Positions 33,245 through 40,030 of a stretch of 40,030 bases of DNA are shown here, one piece after another (the stretch's first letter is position 1; each line of letters starts with the position of its first letter). The position numbers and the translations under genes were made by a program. Source of the stretch: an uncultured Gemmatimonadaceae bacterium (GTDB lineage Bacteria; Gemmatimonadota; Gemmatimonadetes; Gemmatimonadales; GWC2-71-9); contig CAZVKD010000001.1 in NCBI GenBank assembly GCA_964627675.1, positions 1-40,030 of the forward strand. The letters run 5' to 3'. Under the pieces are notes generated by a model. The model saw only the letters and a program-made list of their open reading frames with translations. It ran no database searches and had not been told where the DNA came from.

Positions 33245-33706
33245 TTACGGCGAAGCCCTCAGTTCCATGAGTTCTTTCGGCGGGTGAAAGCCGTGTCGCT
33301 GGTACAGGCTGCGACTGTCGCCGGTCGGCCAAAGCACGATGGTGTCCGCCGGAAGCGCTCGACAGAAGGCGACCGCGGCGGCGACGAGTCGTGAGCCCAG
33401 GCCGCGGTGTCGCGCCTCGGGGCGGACATACACGTTCGTGATGTAGCCCAGCGTTTCACTCTCGCCCACGGGGTTGGGCACCTTCTCGATGAGTTGGAGC
33501 CAGAGAGCGCCGACGACGTCGTTGCGTTCCTCGGCCACCCAGCAGCGCCACGCCGAAGCCTGATCGAGACGCTGGCGCATCCAGTCACGACAGCGCCGGA
33601 GAAACTCCGCCCGATCGCCGACCGCCGGCGCGAGGGAGGTCCGCAAGTCCCACCGGAGCTGGGCGAGTATGTCCGCATCTGCCGGAACGGCCAGGCGCAC
33701 ACTCAT
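33245..33706 (-). CDS. GNAT-family N-acetyltransferase
   Basis: I prefer ATG 33706 (MSVRLAVPADADIL…). The acetyl-CoA motif is …VYVRPEARHRGLGSRLVAAAVAF…. Confidence 0.75.
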   Translation of the reverse strand: MSVRLAVPADADILAQLRWDLRTSLAPAVGDRAEFLRRCRDWMRQRLDQASAWRCWVAEERNDVVGALWLQLIEKVPNPVGESETLGYITNVYVRPEARHRGLGSRLVAAAVAFCRALPADTIVLWPTGDSRSLYQRHGFHPPKELMELRASP

Positions 33707-34057
33707 GTGGCTCGCAGGATCGGCACCGGATCGGCGCGGGGAGCGCCGAGGGCGGGGCCGCGCCATGCGGCGAGACCGGCGAGCGTCAACACCGGGTCCG
33801 CCGTCACGACGGACGCCGCGCCGGCAAGGAACGCTCCAGTGAGCCACTCAAAGCCAGCATCTCCCGCTCCACCTGGCGAGCAAGGCCCCGTCCAAGCTGT
33901 GACCGTTACGATGCGACCCCTCGGGGATTCCCACAAGCCGCCGCCCGCGGTCGAAGTCCGTGGCAGTCCTCTGACATCGGGCTGCCTGCCCGTGGCACCG
34001 GGGTTTCAGCCTTGCACCCCTTACCCCTCACGGCTCGGGCTTCTAACCTTTTGCTCC

Positions 34058-34963
34058 GTGCCCGCCTTTTCCCGCACCGACGCTCTGCTCGCGCTCATGG
34101 CCCTCATTTGGGGCGTCAACCTGATCGTGCTCAAGGCCGCGCTCACCGTGTTCGAGCCGCTGGCGCTCAACGCCGTGCGGTTCACGCTGGCCAGCGTCGC
34201 GATGATCGCCGTCACGCTCGCGATGAAACACGCCCTCCCCGAGCGCCGCCACTGGGGCCGCATCGTGCTGTACGGCACGATTGGCAACTCGATCTACCAG
34301 CTCGGCTTCATTCAGGGCCTCGCCATCACGCGCGCCGGCAACGCGGCGCTGATCCTCGCCGCCAACCCCGTCGTGACCGCCACCCTGTCCCACGTCCTGG
34401 GTCACGAGCGGCTCCGCGCGCGCGAGTGGACCGGGCTCCTGGTTTCGGGGGCGGGCGTTGCCGTAATCGTCCTGGGCAGCGGACAGGACGTGGCCGCCTC
34501 GAGCGCCGGCGACCTGCTGGTGTTCGCCGCCACGGTGTGCTGGGCAATCTATTCGGTCGGGAGCAGACCCTTGGTGGAGGAGCTGGGACCGGTGCCGGCC
34601 GTGGCCTGGACGCTGGCGGCCGGCAGCGTGCTCATGGTGCTCTTGTCGGGCCCTGACCTCGCCGCGCAACGCTGGAGCACGCTCGGCCCGGCGGCCTGGG
34701 GCGCCGTCTTCTACGCGTCGTTCCTGGCGCTCGTGGTGGCCTACCTCATCTGGGCCCGAGGGATCCGGGACATCGGCCCGACGCGCGCCGCGCAGTATTC
34801 GAACGCGACGCCGGTGTTCGCCTTTCTCGCGGCCTGGGTCCTGCTCAAGGAAATGCCGACTTGGTGGCAGGTGCTTGGGGGGACGGCGGTATTCGCGGGG
34901 ATGTATCTCACCCGGGCCAGGCACGTCGCGGCCGCGACAAGCGAGCCGAGCGTGAGTGCCTAG
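34058..34963 (+). CDS. DMT-superfamily (EamA-like) transporter
   Basis: There are about 10 hydrophobic segments, forming two EamA-like halves (…ALIWGVNLIVLKAAL… and …TVCWAIYSVGSRPL…). GTG 34058 is chosen as the start. The upstream part of track ORF 33407.. is antisense to the GNAT gene. Confidence 0.75.
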   Translation: MPAFSRTDALLALMALIWGVNLIVLKAALTVFEPLALNAVRFTLASVAMIAVTLAMKHALPERRHWGRIVLYGTIGNSIYQLGFIQGLAITRAGNAALILAANPVVTATLSHVLGHERLRAREWTGLLVSGAGVAVIVLGSGQDVAASSAGDLLVFAATVCWAIYSVGSRPLVEELGPVPAVAWTLAAGSVLMVLLSGPDLAAQRWSTLGPAAWGAVFYASFLALVVAYLIWARGIRDIGPTRAAQYSNATPVFAFLAAWVLLKEMPTWWQVLGGTAVFAGMYLTRARHVAAATSEPSVSA

Positions 34964-34991
34964 CGAGAGCGGACCACCGGCGACGATCCCG

Positions 34992-35048
34992 GGCGATCGG
35001 AGACGATCCGCTGCAACCCGAGATCGTCCCTGCTCGTCCCCGATCGCC
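34992..35048. terminator. Nested inverted repeat between convergent genes (possible bidirectional terminator or protein-binding site)
   Basis: The outer stem pairs GGCGATCGG (34992-35000) with CCGATCGCC (35040-35048). The inner stem pairs GACGATC (35002-35008) with GATCGTC (35022-35028). An additional direct copy of GACGATCC lies at 34982-34989. Confidence 0.35.
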
Positions 35049-35059
35049 TTCGACCGTCT

Positions 35060-36487
35060 CTACCTTCGATAGTCCAGCGGCGGCGCCCGATCGCCAACCA
35101 GCGGACGATAGACAAAGTTCGCCCCTCGCCGGCGTTCGAACTCCCGGCGCGCCGCCTCGATGTGCCCGGGTGTGGTGAATAACTCCACAGCGGTGAGCGC
35201 CAGCGCCTTCGCCGCAAGCGCCATTCCCTGCATCCCGATCCCCGTGCCCCCGGCCGCAACCGCCTGCCAGCTGTGCGCCGCGGTGCCCGGCACCCAGGTC
35301 GCGGTCGAAAGCCCTACGGTGGGCACCACCCAGCTCACGTCGCCCACGTCGGTGGAGCCGCTCGTCGGCTTGGGCACGAAGGGCTGGATCTCCGCTTCCG
35401 ATCCGAGCGGGAGGTCGGGCCCGTCCAGCGTGCGGAACAGCTGCTCGGCGAACGCACGTTCCTCTCGCGTGTAGCGGATGCCGCCCACCCGGCGCAGGTT
35501 GGCGTCCATCAGCCGCGCCAGCGTGTCAATCGGGAGCAGGCTGTACACCCCATGGATCACTTCGTGCTCCACGCTCGTGCCGGTGCCCATCGCCGCGCCC
35601 TCGGCCGCCTTGGCGATCCGATCAAAGATCTCCATGACCACGCGTGCGTCCGGATGGCGCACGTAGTAGTAGACCTCGGCGAAATCCGGCACCACGTTGG
35701 GGGCCTGGCCGCCACGGGTGATCACATAGTGGATCCGGGTCTCCTGCGGCACGTGCTCCCGCATCAGGTTGACCATGTGGTTCATCGCCTCGACCCCGTC
35801 GAGCGCCGAGCGGCCCCGATCCGGGGCGCCCGCGGCATGGGCCGAGACGCCGCGGAAGCGGAACTTGGCGGACTTGTTGGCGAGGCTGGTCTCGGGACTC
35901 GCGTCGTTCCGGTCGCCGGGGTGCCAGTGGAGCACCACGTCCACATCGTTGAACAACCCGGCCCGCACCATGTACACCTTGCCTGCGCCGCCCTCTTCGG
36001 CGGGCGTCCCGTATACTCGAACGGTGCCCCGGCGCCCGCTGGCGGCCAGCCAGTCCTTCACGGCCACGGCGGCGGCGACCGACGCGGTGCCGAAGAGATG
36101 ATGCCCGCAGCCGTGACCGGGCCCAAGGTCCACGAGTGGCTTTCGCTCAGGTACGCTGTCCTGCGACAGCCCCGGCAACGCGTCGTACTCGGCCAGGATC
36201 GCGATCACCGGCGTGCCAGACCCATACCGGGCGACGAAGGCGGTGGGCATGCCTGCTACGCCGGCCTCGACAGTGAACCCGGCCTGCCGCAGCTGCTCCT
36301 GATGCAGCGCGGAGCTGCGCGTTTCCTGGTAGCCCACCTCGGCAAAGCTCCAGATCTGACGGGCCACCGCGGACCAGCGCGCTCGCTGGGCCTCGATGGA
36401 CTCCGCCACACCCGGCGTCCGTTGAGCGAGCGCGCTGCTGGCAACGAACCCCAAGCAGGCTCCGAGTACCGCCGGCCCTCGATTCAC
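35060..36487 (-). CDS. M20-family amidohydrolase (AbgB / aminobenzoyl-glutamate hydrolase subunit B-like), secreted
   Basis: The start is GTG 36487, with signal peptide MNRGPAVLGACLGFVASSALAQ. …GPGHGCGHHLFGTASVAAAVAVKDWL… and …YGTPAEEGGAGKVYM… are M20D/AbgB-type blocks. Confidence 0.8.
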   Translation of the reverse strand: MNRGPAVLGACLGFVASSALAQRTPGVAESIEAQRARWSAVARQIWSFAEVGYQETRSSALHQEQLRQAGFTVEAGVAGMPTAFVARYGSGTPVIAILAEYDALPGLSQDSVPERKPLVDLGPGHGCGHHLFGTASVAAAVAVKDWLAASGRRGTVRVYGTPAEEGGAGKVYMVRAGLFNDVDVVLHWHPGDRNDASPETSLANKSAKFRFRGVSAHAAGAPDRGRSALDGVEAMNHMVNLMREHVPQETRIHYVITRGGQAPNVVPDFAEVYYYVRHPDARVVMEIFDRIAKAAEGAAMGTGTSVEHEVIHGVYSLLPIDTLARLMDANLRRVGGIRYTREERAFAEQLFRTLDGPDLPLGSEAEIQPFVPKPTSGSTDVGDVSWVVPTVGLSTATWVPGTAAHSWQAVAAGGTGIGMQGMALAAKALALTAVELFTTPGHIEAARREFERRRGANFVYRPLVGDRAPPLDYRR

Positions 36488-36546
36488 AGGATCCTCCTCC
36501 TATCGGCGTGCTATGGACATCGCGTGTCGCGCCGGGGAAGCGCGGC

Positions 36547-38199
36547 CTACCGCCGATGACGCAGAACCAGCCCGGGCCGGGCACCGGTCACCCTGCCCGC
36601 GTCCACCACCAGCCGCCCGTTTACCATCACGTACTCGATACCCTCCGAGTACCGCAACGGCTCGGTGAACGTCGCCAGGTCCCGCACCGTCTCGGGATTG
36701 AACACCACCAGATCCGCAGCCAGCCCTTCAGCGATCCGGCCCCGATCGCGCAGCCCCAGCCGGTTGGCCGGCAGGGCGGTCATGCGCTGAATCGCGGCCT
36801 CCAGAGTGAGCACCGAGTCTTCCCGCACGTACTTGGCCAAAATGCGCGGGAACGTCCCGAACGCCCGGGGATGGGCGCTGGCCACAGCCACGGGGTTGGT
36901 GGGAGCCGCGTCCGTGTCGAACATGACGAAGGGCGCCCGCATGGCCTGCACCTTCTGCGCTTCGTTCATGCTCTCCGGGGCCACGCTCACGCCGCCGCGT
37001 TGCACGAGATCGAAGAACGCATCCCACTCGTTCCTGCCGAGCGCTTGCGCCGCCTGCCGCACGCTGCGGCCCACGAGGGGGCGATCCGCTTCGGCGCGCA
37101 CCGCGGTAATCAGTACGCGGTCCCAGTTCCGTCCCACGTGCTGATACCAGTTCTCCCAATCCGACGTCGTCTCTACTTCACGCCGCAGCTCGGCGCGCAC
37201 CGCCGGGAGGGACAACGTGGCGATGAATGCGTCCTCGCCCGCCGCGTAGTGCCGGGGATGGAGGAACGAGCCCAGCCCGATGCCGTTGCGGACGTAGGGA
37301 TAAATGTCCGCCGTCATATCCACGCCCTGGGCGCGTACCCGGGCGATGAGATCGAGGGCGCGCGGCATGAGAGGCCAGTGCTCCTGACCGGCGGCCTTGA
37401 GGTGATAAATGTGCCCCGGGATACCGGCCGCCTGGGCGATGCGCGCGACTTCGGCGATGGCCTGGAGCACCTGCCCGCTCTCGTTCCGCATGTGGCTGAA
37501 ATAGACGCCGCCATATTGCGCCGCGACCTTGGCCAACTCGATCAGCTCCGCGGTACTGGCGTACGCGCCCGGGGGATAGATCAGCGCGGTGGAGAGCCCC
37601 ACGGCGCCGTCTTCCATGGCCTGGCGCACGAGGGCCCTCATCGAGTCGAGCTCGGCCGGCGTGGGCTCGCGTCCTTCCTCGCCGATAACGGCCATCCGCA
37701 CCTGCGCCGCGCCCACGTTGTGCACCACGTTGAGCGCGATCCCCCGCGCCTCCAGCATGCGGAAGTACTCGCCGAAGGTGCGCCACGTGATCAGCGTGTC
37801 CATGCCGGGACTGGCCGCGGCGATGGTCCGCTCGTTCTGAGGCGCCAGCGAGGCCCCTTCTCCCACCAGCATGGTGGTGATGCCCTGGGTGATCTTGCTG
37901 TTGGCGGAGACGGGATCCCGGTACAGCGGCAGACTGCTCCCGCCCATCATGTCAATGAACCCCGGAGCCACAACGCGATCCAGTCCGTTGATGCGGATGC
38001 GCGCAACCCGGTCGCCCAGCCGGCCGATCGCGACAATGCGCCCACCGAGCACCGCCACGTCGGCCCGATACCACGGCGCGCCCGTGCCGTCCAGGACACG
38101 CGCATTGGTGATCAAGACGTCGTACGGCAACGCGTCCGGGCGGGCACACGCGCCGGCACCGACGGTGACGATAACGAACGCAGCAACCCTGGATCGCAT
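36547..38199 (-). CDS. N-acyl-D-amino-acid deacylase (D-aminoacylase)-like amidohydrolase, secreted; atypical metal-ligand positions
   Basis: ATG 38199 gives MRSRVAAFVIVTVGAGACA. Family blocks are …YDVLITNARVLDGTGAPWYRADVAVLGGRIVAIG…VVAPGFID…, …YFSHMRNES…, …HIYHLKAAG… and …AHPRAFGTFPRILAKYVRED…. However, PGFID is followed by MMG rather than HxH (see the finding). Confidence 0.75.
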   Translation of the reverse strand: MRSRVAAFVIVTVGAGACARPDALPYDVLITNARVLDGTGAPWYRADVAVLGGRIVAIGRLGDRVARIRINGLDRVVAPGFIDMMGGSSLPLYRDPVSANSKITQGITTMLVGEGASLAPQNERTIAAASPGMDTLITWRTFGEYFRMLEARGIALNVVHNVGAAQVRMAVIGEEGREPTPAELDSMRALVRQAMEDGAVGLSTALIYPPGAYASTAELIELAKVAAQYGGVYFSHMRNESGQVLQAIAEVARIAQAAGIPGHIYHLKAAGQEHWPLMPRALDLIARVRAQGVDMTADIYPYVRNGIGLGSFLHPRHYAAGEDAFIATLSLPAVRAELRREVETTSDWENWYQHVGRNWDRVLITAVRAEADRPLVGRSVRQAAQALGRNEWDAFFDLVQRGGVSVAPESMNEAQKVQAMRAPFVMFDTDAAPTNPVAVASAHPRAFGTFPRILAKYVREDSVLTLEAAIQRMTALPANRLGLRDRGRIAEGLAADLVVFNPETVRDLATFTEPLRYSEGIEYVMVNGRLVVDAGRVTGARPGLVLRHRR

Positions 38200-38284
38200 G
38201 CGTGCTTGGCTCCCTGGCTGGGGTGCGCGGGGGAGTGTATCACGGAGGCCGCCCGAGAGAAAGAACGCCGGTTTAGTTAGATTT

Positions 38285-39544
38285 ATGCCCACGCACATGC
38301 CGGACATTCTCATCACCAAGACCCACGACGAGCCGGGGGCCAAGAACCTCAGGGTCGAGGTCCCCCTGGAGCACGTCAGGGCCGCCGAGGACAAGGTCAC
38401 GGCGCTCTATACCAGCCGCGTGCGGCTGCCCGGCTTTCGCAAGGGGAAAGCTCCCAGGGACCTGGTGCGGCGCCGGTTCAACGACGCCATCCGCGAGGAA
38501 GTCATCCGGGACCTCGTCAGCCGGAGCTGGCGCGCCGCGGTCGAGCAGGAACAGCTCAAGCCCATCGCCGATCCGCGGATTCGGGATCTCAAGTTCGAGG
38601 CTGGTTCCCCGGTCTCGTTCGAGTTGCTGGTCGAGGTCAAGCCGGATATCGCACTGGCGCGCCTGGGCGGATTCGCGCTCCAGCGCCGGACGGCGCCCGT
38701 CACCGACGAAATGGTCCGGGCCCAAGTCGAAGAGCTCCGCCGCGCCAAGGCGCCCTGGCTCCCGGTCACGGGCACGCCGGCCACTGGTGACCTGGTCCAG
38801 GTGACGCTCGCGACGATCGAGTCGGACGGGAGCCTCAAAGACGAGAAGCGCTACGAGCTGGTGCTGGGCCAGGGCCAGGCCATCCCGGACGTCGAGGCTC
38901 GCATCGCGGCACTCGAGGTGGGCGCCACGACGGAGGCGGACGTCCGCCTGCCGGATGACTTCCCCGACGCCTCCAAGCGCGGCCAGCAGCGCCGCGTGCG
39001 CATCACCCTGCACGAGGCCAAACGCCAAACCCTCCCGGACGTGGACGACGCGTTCGCGCGCGAGATCGGCGACTTCGAATCGGTGGCCGACCTCGAGCGC
39101 GCCGTTCGGCAGGATCTCGAAGCAGCCGCGGCCCGCGACGCAGACGCCGATGTCCGACGCCAGCTGCTGGAGCAGCTCGTGGCAGCCAACAACGTCCAGG
39201 CGCCACGCCCGTTGGTCGAGCGGCTCCTGGCCACGTACGCGCAGGGCTACCAGATCCCGGACGACCAACTGGATCGCTTCGTTCAGGAGTTCCGGCCGAT
39301 CGCCGAGGCCCAGGTAAAGCGCGACCTGGTGCTTGACCAGGTCGTGGAATCCCACGGCCTGAAGGCAACGGAGGAAGAGCTGGACGCGCGCATCGCCGAC
39401 CTGGCCAGGCGGCGCAAGACCGACCCGGGCCAGCTCTACGCGTCGCTCCAAAAGGCCGGGCGCTTGCGCGACATCGAACGAACCATTACCGAAGCAAAGG
39501 CGTTTGCCTTCCTCTTGCAGCAGTCAACCGTGACCGAGGCCTGA
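38285..39544 (+). CDS. tig: Trigger factor
   Basis: …[21 protein letters not shown]… is the ribosome-binding GFRxGxxP signature. Length is about 420 aa and the gene lies immediately upstream of clpP. The start is ATG 38285 or 38297. The upstream part of track ORF 37871.. is antisense to the D-aminoacylase-like gene. Confidence 0.85.
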   Translation: MPTHMPDILITKTHDEPGAKNLRVEVPLEHVRAAEDKVTALYTSRVRLPGFRKGKAPRDLVRRRFNDAIREEVIRDLVSRSWRAAVEQEQLKPIADPRIRDLKFEAGSPVSFELLVEVKPDIALARLGGFALQRRTAPVTDEMVRAQVEELRRAKAPWLPVTGTPATGDLVQVTLATIESDGSLKDEKRYELVLGQGQAIPDVEARIAALEVGATTEADVRLPDDFPDASKRGQQRRVRITLHEAKRQTLPDVDDAFAREIGDFESVADLERAVRQDLEAAAARDADADVRRQLLEQLVAANNVQAPRPLVERLLATYAQGYQIPDDQLDRFVQEFRPIAEAQVKRDLVLDQVVESHGLKATEEELDARIADLARRRKTDPGQLYASLQKAGRLRDIERTITEAKAFAFLLQQSTVTEA

Positions 39545-39545
39545 G

Positions 39546-40030
39546 ATGTCCACTCTGTACCCCCCCTACATCATCGAGCGGTCCGCTCGCGGCGAGCGGA
39601 CGTACGACATCTTCTCCCGGCTGCTCATGGATCGGATTGTGTTCCTGGGCGCGCCGATCAACGACGACGTGTCCAACATCATCATCGCCCAGCTGCTGTT
39701 CCTGGACGCGGACAACCCCGAGCGGGACATCTACCTGTACATCAACTCGCCCGGCGGCATCGTCTCCAGCGGCATGGCGATCTATGACACGATGCAGTTC
39801 CTCAGGGCCCCGGTGAACACGATCTGCATGGGCATGGCGGCGTCCATGTCCGCCTTCCTGCTCGCCGCGGGCACCAAGGGGAAGCGATCGGCACTGCCGC
39901 ACGCCCGGATCATGATCCACCAGCCCTCAGGCGGCGCCCAGGGCACCGCAGCGGACATCGAGATCCAGGCCCGGGAAATCCTGTACCTCCGATCCAAGCT
40001 GAACGAACTGTACAGCAAGCACACCGGCAA
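39546..40030 (+). CDS. clpP: ATP-dependent Clp protease proteolytic subunit, N-terminal ~161 aa; 3' end outside the window
   Basis: This ORF is not in the track because no stop falls in the window. My hand translation from ATG 39546 gives [71 protein letters not shown]…[15 protein letters not shown]…IMIHQPSGG. That includes the catalytic Ser and His contexts. Confidence 0.9.
   Translation, partial: MSTLYPPYIIERSARGERTYDIFSRLLMDRIVFLGAPINDDVSNIIIAQLLFLDADNPERDIYLYINSPGGIVSSGMAIYDTMQFLRAPVNTICMGMAASMSAFLLAAGTKGKRSALPHARIMIHQPSGGAQGTAADIEIQAREILYLRSKLNELYSKHTG

Noticed and set aside
33707-34057. 350-nt divergent intergenic region between GNAT and EamA, including the 77-aa minus-strand ORF 33703..33936
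   Set aside because: The ORF composition (Gly/Ala/Pro/Trp-rich, with no RBS or signal logic) is unconvincing, and I found no clear repeats or structures.
1-40030. Scan for CRISPR arrays, IS elements/transposases, integrases, prophage genes, rRNA and canonical defence genes (restriction-modification, Cas, etc.)
   Set aside because: None recognised. There are no regularly spaced direct repeats and no transposase or integrase-like ORFs. The only RNA gene found is tRNA-Leu.

Overview
This is a very GC-rich bacterial chromosomal segment, densely coding on both strands: about 36 protein genes, 1 tRNA and 2 decayed genes. I saw no CRISPR array, IS element, integrase or rRNA. The gene content (sortilin-like BNR propeller, DUF885, giant M14 peptidase, many secreted amidohydrolases) resembles Gemmatimonadota- or Acidobacteriota-type soil bacteria, but that placement is inference only.

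Gene order, left to right:
- 1-4697: a formate-dehydrogenase-type operon. It has a molybdopterin alpha subunit (5' truncated by the window edge), an FdnH-like 4Fe-4S beta subunit, an NrfD-type membrane subunit, a small lipoprotein and fdhE.
- 4691-6445: a small accessory-looking islet. It holds an orphan 111-aa ORF coupled to fdhE, an overlapping 75-aa ORF plus minimal nucleotidyltransferase pair, and a decayed PIN/VapC-like gene.
- 6445-19380: a SulP-STAS-cNMP-binding transporter, DUF885, an orphan 129-aa protein with PARP/ART-like motifs, a TPR protein, secreted hypotheticals, a SAM methyltransferase, a 1081-aa BNR/Asp-box protein and a nitroreductase.
- 19550-21826: tRNA-Leu(UAG), a lipoprotein, a multiply frameshifted remnant of a di-haem cytochrome c peroxidase-like (DUF1111-type) gene, and a beta-propeller protein.
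- 22006-23253: an eight-Cys-pair zinc-ribbon protein, translationally coupled to an unknown ORF that shows a reading-frame switch.
- 23377-38199: a run of peptide and amino-acid catabolism genes. These are M14, DmpA/S58, mmsA plus a class-III aminotransferase, a Tat-exported amidohydrolase, GNAT, EamA, M20/AbgB-like and a D-aminoacylase-like protein.
- 38285-40030: tig followed by clpP, which is 3' truncated by the window edge.

Most of the window is ordinary core metabolism. The best candidates for something undescribed are the 75-aa + NTase cassette (5074-5864), the zinc-ribbon + frame-switched partner pair (22006-23253) and the mini PARP-like orphan (10684-11073). All functional calls rest on motif recognition by eye; no database search was possible.
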